Shown here: piece after piece, positions 29,566-38,457 of the stretch
How positions within the stretch are numbered: the stretch's first letter is position 1
How the letters are laid out: the number at the start of each line of letters is the position of its first letter
From: Thermococcus sp.
GTDB taxonomy: Archaea > Methanobacteriota_B > Thermococci > Thermococcales > Thermococcaceae
DNA length: 64,000 bases
Direction: 5' to 3'
NCBI GenBank assembly: GCA_027075325.1
Contig: JALTBN010000027.1
Coordinates: 176,032-240,031 of the forward strand
Translations under genes and position numbers: made by a program
The notes under the pieces: model-generated
The model's database searches: none
What the model was told of the DNA's origin: nothing
What the model saw: only the letters and a program-made list of their open reading frames with translations

Positions 29566-31311
29566 ATGTTTGGCTATACCGGAAAGATACTCTTCGTTGA
29601 CCTGAGTTCGAAGACGGTAAGGATGGAACCCACCGAGAAGTACGCGCGGAAGTTCTTAGGTGGTAGAGGGATAGCGACGAGGATACTCCACGAGGACCCA
29701 GACGCCTTAATTTTTATGACCGGCCCATTAACGTCCTTCGTGCCATCCGGTTCAAGGATGGATGTTGTCGCAGTATCCCCAGCTACAAGACTCATCGGTG
29801 GAAGCAGCACCGGCGGAGAATTCCCCTCCGCCCTGAAGTTCGCAGGCTACGATGGGATTGTTGTGACAGGAAAGGCAGATGAACCCGTTTACCTGCGGAT
29901 TGAGAACGAGAAGGTCTCGATAGAGAGCGCCGAGGGGATATGGGGTCTCAACGCCTTTGAGACGATAGACACCCTCACCAAGGGACATCCAGACCTCAAG
30001 GTGGCATGCATAGGCAGAGCGGGGGAAAACGGCGTGAAGTTCGCGGGGATTTCATTCTCCCATAGGAACCTCGCCTCCCGCGGCGGCCTCGGGGCTGTGA
30101 TGGGTGCTAAGAAGCTTAAGGCCATACTCGTCCACGGAACGAGAGGGGTAAGCCCTTACAACCCGCTGGAGCTGATGTCGGTCTTCGGGGAGATACAGGA
30201 GAGCATAACCAACAGCGGGGAGTTCCTTCGCTTCAAGGACTGGCACGTGAACTTCGTCCCGACAATACTCAGGCTGAGGATGCCTTACTTCGGCGACTAC
30301 GAGACGGAGTGGGAGAAGGCGGAGGAAGCCGCTATGAAGGCTAAGAAGTTCTTTGAGGAGCATACCGTTGGGAGGGCGAGCTGTTTCTCCTGCCCACTGA
30401 GGTGCTGGGGGATTGTGGAACATGATGGAGAAACCCTTCCAATAAACCTCTGTCAGGGGACTTTTCCAGCGGTAACTTTCACGCTGGAGACGGAAGACCC
30501 GGAGCTGGCCTGGAGGATATACCGGAAGTGCCAGAGTGAGGGCCTCGATATGATGAGCACGGTAGCTGTGGTTGCCTACGCGTCGAGGCTCGGAAAGGTG
30601 AAGCTCGGGAGCGAAGAGATCCTCGACTTCATCGAGAAAATCGTGAAGAGGGAAGGCGAAGACGACGTTTTTGCAGAGGGAATTAAGAGGGCGAGCGAGC
30701 ACTTTGGGGTGCCAGCGGTTTACGTCAAAGGCGGAATGGAGTCCTGGAGCAGCGACATAAGGCCCTTTGTTGGCTCTGCCCTCATCTCTGCCGTTGCAGA
30801 CTCCGGTGGAGTTAACAGGGCCCTCTACGGCTTTCCCGAGTTCTACTACTACATCAAAAAAGAGCAGGCCGAGAGGATGGCAGAGATGTTCGTCGGAGAC
30901 GTTGAAGCGGCCTATCCCTGGAGCTACTCTGAAAGCAAGGTCCGCTTCGCCGTCCTCTGGGAGAACCTGCACATAATAGCCGACTCGCTCGGGGTCTGTG
31001 TCATAGCGCTTTTGACGACCCCACTCAAGCTCTGGGCCAAAGCCTTCAATGCAGTAACCGGGGAAGGCATAACCGAGGACGAGCTAATGAGAACCGCCGA
31101 GAGGATAAGAACCCTTGAGAGGGTCTTCAACCTCAGTCACGGGGACGGGAAGGACGAGCTGTCGCCGAGACTCTTCAAGGGCGAGGTGAAGCTTGATAAG
31201 GAGAAGCTTGAGGGGATGAAAAGGCTTTATTACTCTCTCAGAGGCTGGGACGAGAACGGAATCCCGACCCGAGAGACTCTTGAAAAGCTCGGGCTGGGTG
31301 ATTTAGCATGA
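29566..31311 (+). CDS. Tungsten oxidoreductase (AOR/WOR family) large subunit 2
   Basis: Same motifs as subunit 1: LASRGGLGAVMGAKKLKAI, CFSCPLRC, DSLGVC, YYSLRGWDENGIPT. Confidence 0.93.
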   Translation: MFGYTGKILFVDLSSKTVRMEPTEKYARKFLGGRGIATRILHEDPDALIFMTGPLTSFVPSGSRMDVVAVSPATRLIGGSSTGGEFPSALKFAGYDGIVVTGKADEPVYLRIENEKVSIESAEGIWGLNAFETIDTLTKGHPDLKVACIGRAGENGVKFAGISFSHRNLASRGGLGAVMGAKKLKAILVHGTRGVSPYNPLELMSVFGEIQESITNSGEFLRFKDWHVNFVPTILRLRMPYFGDYETEWEKAEEAAMKAKKFFEEHTVGRASCFSCPLRCWGIVEHDGETLPINLCQGTFPAVTFTLETEDPELAWRIYRKCQSEGLDMMSTVAVVAYASRLGKVKLGSEEILDFIEKIVKREGEDDVFAEGIKRASEHFGVPAVYVKGGMESWSSDIRPFVGSALISAVADSGGVNRALYGFPEFYYYIKKEQAERMAEMFVGDVEAAYPWSYSESKVRFAVLWENLHIIADSLGVCVIALLTTPLKLWAKAFNAVTGEGITEDELMRTAERIRTLERVFNLSHGDGKDELSPRLFKGEVKLDKEKLEGMKRLYYSLRGWDENGIPTRETLEKLGLGDLA

Positions 31312-32504
31312 GGCACGTTATTATAGGCGCTGGCGGGGCCGGAACGGCCGCCGCTGAGACTATAAGGGCGAACTCAGAGGACGAGGTTGTTGTCATAAAC
31401 AGGGAGAAGACCCTTCCCTACTCGCCGGCGGCCCTGCCCTACTACATAGAGGGGACGGTAAAGGGAAACGAGCTTTTCATCTGGAACTGGCACTTTGTCC
31501 GCTCTAGCGGCATAGACTACCTCATGGGCAGGGAGGTTGTTAAGGTTGACACGGAGGCCAAAAAGGTGCTCCTCGACAACGGGGAGGAGATAGACTACGA
31601 CAGGCTTCTCATATCGAGCGGTGCGAAGCCCAACATAATCCCTCAGTTCAGGAAGGAGAACGTCATAGGCGTCAGAACCCTGGAAGACGCCGAGAGGCTC
31701 AGGAAGGTGCGCGGAAGGGCGATAATAATCGGTGCCGGACCTGTGGCGGTTGAGACCGCGATAGCCCTGAAAAGGCTCGGGGCAGATCCGGTGATAATCT
31801 GCCGTTCGAGGATTCTAAGGAGGCTCTTCGACGAGGACATCTCGGACATCATAAGAGATGTAATGATACTGAACGGCGTCAAGGTTCTCTTCGAGAAGAG
31901 CATAGACCTATTGGGCGACCCGGTTGAAGGCGTCAAGGCACCGTGCGGCGTTATCTATGGGGATATCGTAGTTGCAGCCCTTGGGGTGAGGCCCAACTTC
32001 AGCTTCCTTGACGGCAAGATTTCCCTGGGGGAGCGGGGCGGGATCCTGACCGACGAGATGATGAGGACTAACGTGAGAGATGTCTACGCCGCAGGGGACT
32101 GCGCCGAGACGCGTGACTTGGTAACCGGTCGCTATGGCATCTTCGCCATCTGGCCGCTCGCGAGGGAGCAGGGAAGGGTTGCCGGCTACAACATGCTCGG
32201 CGTTGAAAAGCGCTACCGCGGTTCGATAAACATGAACATCATTACCATATTCGATAAGGTCTTCGCGTCCATAGGGACTTTCATAGGGGCGAGGAAAGAA
32301 GTCTGGCACGGCTCTCACATAGCAAAGCTCTTCATCGAGAACGGCAGGCTGAACGGGGCACAGCTAGTCGGCAAATACGCCCTCCAGTACACGGGGGCCG
32401 TCGAGTACCTCGTCAGGACGAGAAGGGAGGTAAAGATAGACTCGATGAGCGACACGAAGTCCTTCGTGAGGGAAGTCTGGGAAAAGGTAAAGGCCGAGGC
32501 CTAG
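31308..32504 (+). CDS. FAD-dependent NAD(P) oxidoreductase (NirB/rubredoxin-reductase/AorC-like)
   Basis: IIGAGGAG, YDRLLISSGA, IIGAGPVA, DVYAAGDC; ATGA overlap with WOR subunit 2. Confidence 0.9.
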   Translation: MRHVIIGAGGAGTAAAETIRANSEDEVVVINREKTLPYSPAALPYYIEGTVKGNELFIWNWHFVRSSGIDYLMGREVVKVDTEAKKVLLDNGEEIDYDRLLISSGAKPNIIPQFRKENVIGVRTLEDAERLRKVRGRAIIIGAGPVAVETAIALKRLGADPVIICRSRILRRLFDEDISDIIRDVMILNGVKVLFEKSIDLLGDPVEGVKAPCGVIYGDIVVAALGVRPNFSFLDGKISLGERGGILTDEMMRTNVRDVYAAGDCAETRDLVTGRYGIFAIWPLAREQGRVAGYNMLGVEKRYRGSINMNIITIFDKVFASIGTFIGARKEVWHGSHIAKLFIENGRLNGAQLVGKYALQYTGAVEYLVRTRREVKIDSMSDTKSFVREVWEKVKAEA

Positions 32505-33925
32505 TCGAAGGAGACCGTTTTGAAGGGAACCTTCTCAAGTTCATTTTTCCTTTTCGTTCCATAGTAGAGGTTAAAGACACCCCTGATGGCCCTTTTGAAT
32601 ATGAAGCCGTGCCTCTCAATGAGGTCTTTCAGGAGAACCTTTGGCCTCAGGTAGAAGGAGATGTAAGCCCTCCTCAGCATCTTTGCTATGCCCTCGGGGG
32701 TGAAGTGCTTTAGCTTCATAACCGGGTCGATGGTCGTGTACTTCCTCCAGTTTTTCGTCAGGAGGAGGTTGTTCTGAACCGCGTAGGTCCAGAGTCTCGT
32801 TCCGGGGTATGGAGTGGCTACAGTGAACTGGGCGAAGTCAACACCAACTTTCTTGGCGAACTTTATCGTGGTTTCAACCTCCTCCCTTGTCTCCTCCGGG
32901 AAGCCTATTATAAACGATCCAAGCGCCTGAAGTCCGGCCTTTTTAGCTTTCTTAACTGCATCAAGGGACTGCTCAGGTGTTATACCCTTTCCTATGAAGT
33001 CCAGCGTTTTTTGGGAGCCGGACTCTATGCCGAAGTAGACAGTGTGGCAGCCCCCGGCCTTCATTGCCTTTGCTACCTTCTCGTTGAACGTGTTCACCCT
33101 TGAGGATGCCGTCCAGGTTATATCAAGACCCTCCCTCTTTATGGCCTCGGCTATCTTAACGGCCCTGACCTTGTTGAGGGTGAAGGTGTCATCTAAGAAC
33201 TCTATCTCCCTCCTGCCGTAATCGTAGCGGAGTATCGAGAGTTCTTTGATGACCCTGTCCACGCTGTGACCGCGCCACCTCTTCCCAAACTGGAGAGAAG
33301 AGGAACAGAAGGCGCAGTTGAATGGGCACCCCCTGCTCGTCATTATCGTCCCGAAAGTCGTTCCGTCGGCGACGTACTTGTCCATTGGAAGAAGGTCATA
33401 GGCGGGGATTGGAATCTCGTCCACGTTCTGTATGAGGGGTCTTGGAGGTTCGTTCCGTATTTTGCCGTTCTCTTCCTGATAGGACAGCCCGAGGATGCCC
33501 TTCAACGGGCGGCCCTTGTCGACAGCCTCAACCAGCTCCCTGAACGTTAGCTCACCTTCACCCCTGACCACCGCGTCGATGCACGGACACTCCCTCATCG
33601 TCAGCTCAGGTGTGAACGTAACGTGGGGGCCTCCCATGACGACGAAGACGTTCTCGTTGAGGTTCTTGGCTATCTTTGCAACGGCGTAGGCGTCGTACAT
33701 GGCCGAAGTAGTGGCGGTTATCCCAACCATGTCCGGGTCGTAGCGTTTTAGTATTTTCATGACGTCTTCAAAGGTTAAATCCTCGGCTATGCCGTCGATT
33801 ATCCTGACGTCGTGCTCCTCTCGGATCATTGAGGCGAGGTATGCGAGACCCAAGGGAGGGCCTGTGGTGCCGACGACTCGTTTTATTGCGCTGTCGGTTG
33901 GGGGAAGAATCAAGAGCACCCTCAT
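32501..33925 (-). CDS. Cobalamin-binding radical SAM protein (class B methylase-like; candidate GMGT methylase)
   Basis: PPLGLAYLAS, MGGPHVT, VRGEGE, TSRGCPFNCAFC, FLDDTF, GIESG, TPYPGT. Confidence 0.88.
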   Translation of the reverse strand: MRVLLILPPTDSAIKRVVGTTGPPLGLAYLASMIREEHDVRIIDGIAEDLTFEDVMKILKRYDPDMVGITATTSAMYDAYAVAKIAKNLNENVFVVMGGPHVTFTPELTMRECPCIDAVVRGEGELTFRELVEAVDKGRPLKGILGLSYQEENGKIRNEPPRPLIQNVDEIPIPAYDLLPMDKYVADGTTFGTIMTSRGCPFNCAFCSSSLQFGKRWRGHSVDRVIKELSILRYDYGRREIEFLDDTFTLNKVRAVKIAEAIKREGLDITWTASSRVNTFNEKVAKAMKAGGCHTVYFGIESGSQKTLDFIGKGITPEQSLDAVKKAKKAGLQALGSFIIGFPEETREEVETTIKFAKKVGVDFAQFTVATPYPGTRLWTYAVQNNLLLTKNWRKYTTIDPVMKLKHFTPEGIAKMLRRAYISFYLRPKVLLKDLIERHGFIFKRAIRGVFNLYYGTKRKNELEKVPFKTVSFD

Positions 33926-33998
33926 TTACGCCACCCTCTGGGGGTATCACCTTGATTTATTGAAGAAGCCACAAGAATAAGAGGAAATAGTAAAGAAA

Positions 33999-35027
33999 TC
34001 AAGCCGCCTCGGGGACGGCCTCCTCATCCTTGATTTTGCACTTCCACATGCCGGCTATGGACTTCCAGGCCTTGACGTAGCCGACCAGGAAGGGTATCTG
34101 AACTATTGGGGTCACTGCCGGAGCGATTGCCATGAGGCCCGTCCCTGCGGCCAAAGCTATTGCCATAGCGGTTCCCTCGTTCTTTCCGACTGAGGTGAAG
34201 GTTATAGCCATGTGGTCCCTGTAGGGTATCCCGACGGCCTTGTCCACGAAGGTCATGAAGAGCAGGGCGATGATATAGTATAGGACCAGCGGGATTAACG
34301 CTAATCCAACGATGCTCGGCTTGCTGGCTATGAGCTTCGCCTTCTCCATGAAGATGAGGAAGACGATGGCGTACATGCCGAGGAGCGAGATTGCTGGGAA
34401 GGCCGGCTTGATCCTGAGGAAGCCCTCCGGGCCGAGCTTGCCCATAAGGTAAGCCCTCGTGAGGACGCCGAGTATCATTGGCGTTATGACGACGATGAGG
34501 ATGGTCTTGACGAGGAGCCAGACTGAGATGGAGACGTGGTAGCTCGATGCAAAGACCTTGAGCCAGGCAGGGACAGTGACGATAGCTAAGGTGAAGCTCA
34601 GAGCCACAACGATGGTCGCGAGCTCAATGTTGCCCTTGGTGAAGCCCGTGTAGGCTATGCTCATCGAGGAGCAGGGGACGACTACCGCCAGGAGAAGACC
34701 GAGGGCGAGCATGTGGTTAACCGGGTGGAAAAGCTCGGTCAGCCATATCGCGCCGTACATGATGAGCGGGGAAATCACAAGGCCCATCGTGAGGGCTATG
34801 GCCAACTGTTTTCCGAGCTTGGCGCTGTTCTTAAGCTCTCCGAGGCGCAGGTTTATCATCATCGGGTAGATCATGCTGATGACGACGAGCATGTTAAGGG
34901 TCTTGAGCGTGTCGTGGTAGGGCTTGAGGTTGGCGTGTGTTCCGACGTAGAAGCCGGCTATCATCGCCAGCGTAACGTAAACCGGGAGATATTTGTCGAG
35001 GTGGTTCTTAAACTTTAACCAGTTCAT
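33999..35027 (-). CDS. Acr3/BASS-family transporter with the conserved Acr3-type Cys
   Basis: MIYPMM, VVPCSSMSIAYT..TKGN, GKNEGTAMAIA. Confidence 0.82.
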   Translation of the reverse strand: MNWLKFKNHLDKYLPVYVTLAMIAGFYVGTHANLKPYHDTLKTLNMLVVISMIYPMMINLRLGELKNSAKLGKQLAIALTMGLVISPLIMYGAIWLTELFHPVNHMLALGLLLAVVVPCSSMSIAYTGFTKGNIELATIVVALSFTLAIVTVPAWLKVFASSYHVSISVWLLVKTILIVVITPMILGVLTRAYLMGKLGPEGFLRIKPAFPAISLLGMYAIVFLIFMEKAKLIASKPSIVGLALIPLVLYYIIALLFMTFVDKAVGIPYRDHMAITFTSVGKNEGTAMAIALAAGTGLMAIAPAVTPIVQIPFLVGYVKAWKSIAGMWKCKIKDEEAVPEAA

Positions 35028-35509
35028 TCCTCATCACCACACCTGCACTTTGGCTTTATGAGCAGAACGGGGCGGTAAGTCTTCTTCAGCACGCGCATCG
35101 CGGTCGAGCCGATGAGTTCCTTGGAGAAGCCGAGCTTCCCGTGGGTCGGGAGGATTATGAGTGAGACATCCTCCTCTTCGGCAACTTTGACTATCTCCTC
35201 CCAGGGCAAACCAAAGCGGACCATAGGGGTTACCTTCTCCGCCCTGAAGGTCTTCTTCACGTCCTCGACCTTCGCTTGAAGCTTTTCCATAACCTTCTCT
35301 TCGAGCTTCTTCTCTATCTCTTCAAGCTCGACCTCCTCGTCCTCATAGAGGAGAGAGTAGCCGTTGAGGAGGTCTTCAAGGGTTCCTTCGTCTATGACGT
35401 GGAGGAGTATAACCTCCCCTACTGGAACCTCGTTCGTCTTCTCAAACCGCTTCGCGGCCCTGTAAGAGCCTTCGCTGAAATCCGTTGGGAAGAGTACCTT
35501 CCTAAACAT
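35024..35509 (-). CDS. Universal stress protein (UspA family)
   Basis: KVLFPTDFS, LLHVID, G.PWEEIV, HGKLG..LIGSTA..V..PVLLI. Confidence 0.93.
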   Translation of the reverse strand: MFRKVLFPTDFSEGSYRAAKRFEKTNEVPVGEVILLHVIDEGTLEDLLNGYSLLYEDEEVELEEIEKKLEEKVMEKLQAKVEDVKKTFRAEKVTPMVRFGLPWEEIVKVAEEEDVSLIILPTHGKLGFSKELIGSTAMRVLKKTYRPVLLIKPKCRCGDEE

Positions 35510-35680
35510 GAGGCATCACCTGTTGAGTTTTTCATCTTGAATTGTTTTCATATGTTAGGCGTGCCTAATTGCTTTTAAAGTTTGCTGGACAGATGTGATG
35601 ATTTTCAGATGAGGCTCGAATAATAGTCACCAACAGACACTCAAAGCGCTCATGTTCCTCCACCTGCCGGGGTGCTGGCC

Positions 35681-36670
35681 TCAACCCGTATACGCTTTTT
35701 TTAGTGCCTCGAAGAGCCTCACAAAGAGTATCATGAGCAGCATGTCGCTGAAAGGCCCCCCAAGGGCGGTTCCAACGGCCGCTAAGGGTCCGAAGGTTCC
35801 AATCGCTATTGCAGTCGCCAGCGTCATGTTCGAGCCCGTTGAATAGACGAGGGAGACGTTCTGCTCGAAGGGGAAGCCGAGGGACTCACCAGTTAAGTAT
35901 GCGATGCCCATGCGCAGAAGGAAGTAGATGTTCATGATAACCGCCCCAATGAGTATTATCTTGGGATTCTCGGCTATCATCTCCCCGTTTATGCCAAAAA
36001 CTACCGTGACCATCCAGTACATACCGATAAGCGAGAGACCCACGAGGGGCTTTTTGAGTGACATGAGTGCGTCAGCGCCCTTCAAGCGCAGAACGGCGTA
36101 TCTGGTAAGCTGGCCTACGACCAGCGGGGTTATTATGTAGAGGACGAGGGACTTGAGAAGGATCATCATCGGGACCTCAATGACGGTGTGGAGTATGAGC
36201 TTCGCATAAACGGGCATTATTGCCAGCGAGAGCACGAACGTCCAGACGACTCCTATGAGCGTGAGCTGGAACTTGCCGCCTGCGATCTGGGTAAAGGCCG
36301 GAGCTGAACTCGGGAGCGGTGAGAGGCTTATGAGAACAATGCCGGCCAAAAGCCTTGGATCAGTTCCGGGCATCAGCAAAAGCCAAAGCCTCATGAGGCC
36401 GTAAGTTAGGGCCGGAAAGAGTACTGTATAAAACAGCGTTACGAGAAAGAGGTATTTCTTTTTCACATCGGTACCCTTGGTGAAGGCCTTCTTTATGTCC
36501 ATGTAAACCATGGGCTGGAACAGCATCATGAAAAGGGCTATGGGTAGCGTCCACTTGAGGGACACGAAAACGTCGCGGTGCTGGATTCCAGCGTAGCTGG
36601 CCACGAACATCAGCGTGAAGACGATGTAAACCATCTTTTCCTTCAGGAACTTCACGACGTCCATTTTCAT
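35681..36670 (-). CDS. Acr3/BASS-family transporter lacking the Acr3 Cys
   Basis: MLFQPMV, SPLPSSAPAFT..AGG, SNMTLATAIA; about 10 TM helices. Confidence 0.75.
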   Translation of the reverse strand: MKMDVVKFLKEKMVYIVFTLMFVASYAGIQHRDVFVSLKWTLPIALFMMLFQPMVYMDIKKAFTKGTDVKKKYLFLVTLFYTVLFPALTYGLMRLWLLLMPGTDPRLLAGIVLISLSPLPSSAPAFTQIAGGKFQLTLIGVVWTFVLSLAIMPVYAKLILHTVIEVPMMILLKSLVLYIITPLVVGQLTRYAVLRLKGADALMSLKKPLVGLSLIGMYWMVTVVFGINGEMIAENPKIILIGAVIMNIYFLLRMGIAYLTGESLGFPFEQNVSLVYSTGSNMTLATAIAIGTFGPLAAVGTALGGPFSDMLLMILFVRLFEALKKAYTG

Positions 36671-36713
36671 CACCTGAGACATTTTTCATATATCGGGTCG
36701 AAAAATAAAGGGC

Positions 36714-37037
36714 TCAAGCGAGCCAGAGGAAGCCGACAACCCTTCCGTCTTTAACGAGCTGGACCTTCGTTCCCCACTTTCCGAACCAGTAGGAGCCGAC
36801 CTCAAGCTCTTTTGGATTGAGGTCTTCCCAGAGCTCCCCGACTATCTGGTTCTCCACCACGAGGGGAACGTGGAGCACTCCCCTTGGGTTCCGCCAGGCG
36901 TTGCCCTTGACGGCTTTTTCGAGCAGTTCCTTTGTTTTTGCCTTTATCTCCTCGTAGTCCGGCTCTTTTTCCATCACATAGCCGAACCTCCCAACCTTCC
37001 ACTTCCATCCGGGAGCACCGAACGGCATCTCAACCAC
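36714..37037 (-). CDS. Small hypothetical protein, paralogue of 25204-25482
   Basis: RBS GGAGGTGG; motif similarity to the 25204 ORF. Confidence 0.7.
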   Translation of the reverse strand: MVEMPFGAPGWKWKVGRFGYVMEKEPDYEEIKAKTKELLEKAVKGNAWRNPRGVLHVPLVVENQIVGELWEDLNPKELEVGSYWFGKWGTKVQLVKDGRVVGFLWLA

Positions 37038-37073
37038 CTCCAGTTTTCAATCACCAAGCAAAGAACGAAAGGT

Positions 37074-37928
37074 TCAGAGGGCCGGGGCCTTCGTCCTGCC
37101 CCTCAGGAGCTTTACAGCCAAAGCCGACAGGAAGGCGAGCGTTCCGGCCAGCACGAGGCCCACGCTGAGGATGTAAAGCCCCTCGGGAATCCTTCCGGCG
37201 CTTGAGGCTATCTTCGCGAAGATCTCGACGAACGCCAGGGCGAGTATGGCGAGCATCGTGTAGCGGACGTGCCTCGGCTTCACCCTGTGCATCAGGAAGG
37301 CACCCGTTACCCCGCCGAGGAAGCCGGCCGTGACGACCCCTATCAGGGTGCCTGCGGCTATTGGAACCGATGGCAGCATGACGTAGTAAGTCAGCAACGC
37401 CGTCGTGGAAACTCCAAGTGCCGTGGCGGCAGTATTGGCTGAGATTTTCTTGGGGTTATCAAAGAGGTAAGCAAAGGCTATCAGCGCTATCGGAGCGGCG
37501 TCCATGCCGATAAGCCCGGCGATGAACCCCTCTAAGGCCCCAAGGACCACAGTGGCAATCTCTGCCCTCTCTCCCCTGATGTTCCGCAGGAAGAGCATCC
37601 TGTAGACCGCGAAGAGTAGGAAGAGGTCGAAGGCGACGAGGACGAGCACCCTTGGAATCCTCAGGTTGATGTATACTCCAACGGGGACGAGCAGGATGGC
37701 GGGTAGTAGGACCCTCGCAACCTTTCTCCACTCAACGAGGCCCTCCCTTGAGTTCATAGCCGTCGCAACGGTAAGTTCCGCCGTGTTCTGGCCGAGACCG
37801 AGGAACATTGCGGCGTGGACGCTCAGTCCGAGGGTTATGTAGTTCGGTATCAGGACGCCCGCGGCGCCCATTCCGGCTATTGCGAAGATGCTCGCGAGGA
37901 CGTACGTGAGGAGTGCGACGCCAATCAT
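37074..37928 (-). CDS. TauE/SafE-family sulfite exporter, second copy
   Basis: AGMGAAGVLIP and GFIAGLIGMDAAP repeats; PKKISANT. Confidence 0.78.
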   Translation of the reverse strand: MIGVALLTYVLASIFAIAGMGAAGVLIPNYITLGLSVHAAMFLGLGQNTAELTVATAMNSREGLVEWRKVARVLLPAILLVPVGVYINLRIPRVLVLVAFDLFLLFAVYRMLFLRNIRGERAEIATVVLGALEGFIAGLIGMDAAPIALIAFAYLFDNPKKISANTAATALGVSTTALLTYYVMLPSVPIAAGTLIGVVTAGFLGGVTGAFLMHRVKPRHVRYTMLAILALAFVEIFAKIASSAGRIPEGLYILSVGLVLAGTLAFLSALAVKLLRGRTKAPAL

Positions 37929-38070
37929 TGTTCACCGCCTCCACCGCTTTCTTCAATTTGTAATATCACAAAACTATTTATAAAGTTTTCTATAATATCT
38001 CATCTATAAATCAACAGAAGCGGTAAAATTATAAAGGTTGATGCGGAAATATTAAGCGAAGGTGTTAGGA

Positions 38071-38400
38071 ATGCCGAGGTGGATGATGGCAGATAAAGGA
38101 AACCTGAAGGCCCTCATGATGGCGCTCAAGCCCCTTTTAGCTGAGCCTAAGAGGAGCATAATCAAAATCCTGAGCGAGGGTGTGAAGGGCACAAACGAGA
38201 TATATGAGGCTTTGAAGGAGCGCGGGCTGGATATGCCTCGTTCGACTCTCTACTACCACTTATCTGCTCTCGAAGACGCCGGAATAATCGAGATGGCCGG
38301 CTACCGCGAGGAGGGCGGCGGCGCCCCGGAAAAGCTCTGGAAGCTGAAGGTCAGGAGGATGGGGATAGACCTCGTCACGGGGGAGACCTTCAAGGAGTGA
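38071..38400 (+). CDS. ArsR-family winged-helix regulator
   Basis: LAEPKRSIIKIL..MPRSTLYYHLSALEDAGII..GGGAPEKLW; contains no Cys. Confidence 0.85.
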   Translation: MPRWMMADKGNLKALMMALKPLLAEPKRSIIKILSEGVKGTNEIYEALKERGLDMPRSTLYYHLSALEDAGIIEMAGYREEGGGAPEKLWKLKVRRMGIDLVTGETFKE

Positions 38401-38457
38401 GCGTGCATGTGCACAAGGTTTATATTTGAAAAAATATTCATGAGTATGGTGGTGAAG

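Noticed and set aside
30052-30972. 306-aa minus-strand ORF
   Set aside because: Shadow of WOR subunit 2.
35590-35650. Possible C/D sRNA (GTGATGA present)
   Set aside because: No correctly spaced D', C' and D boxes.
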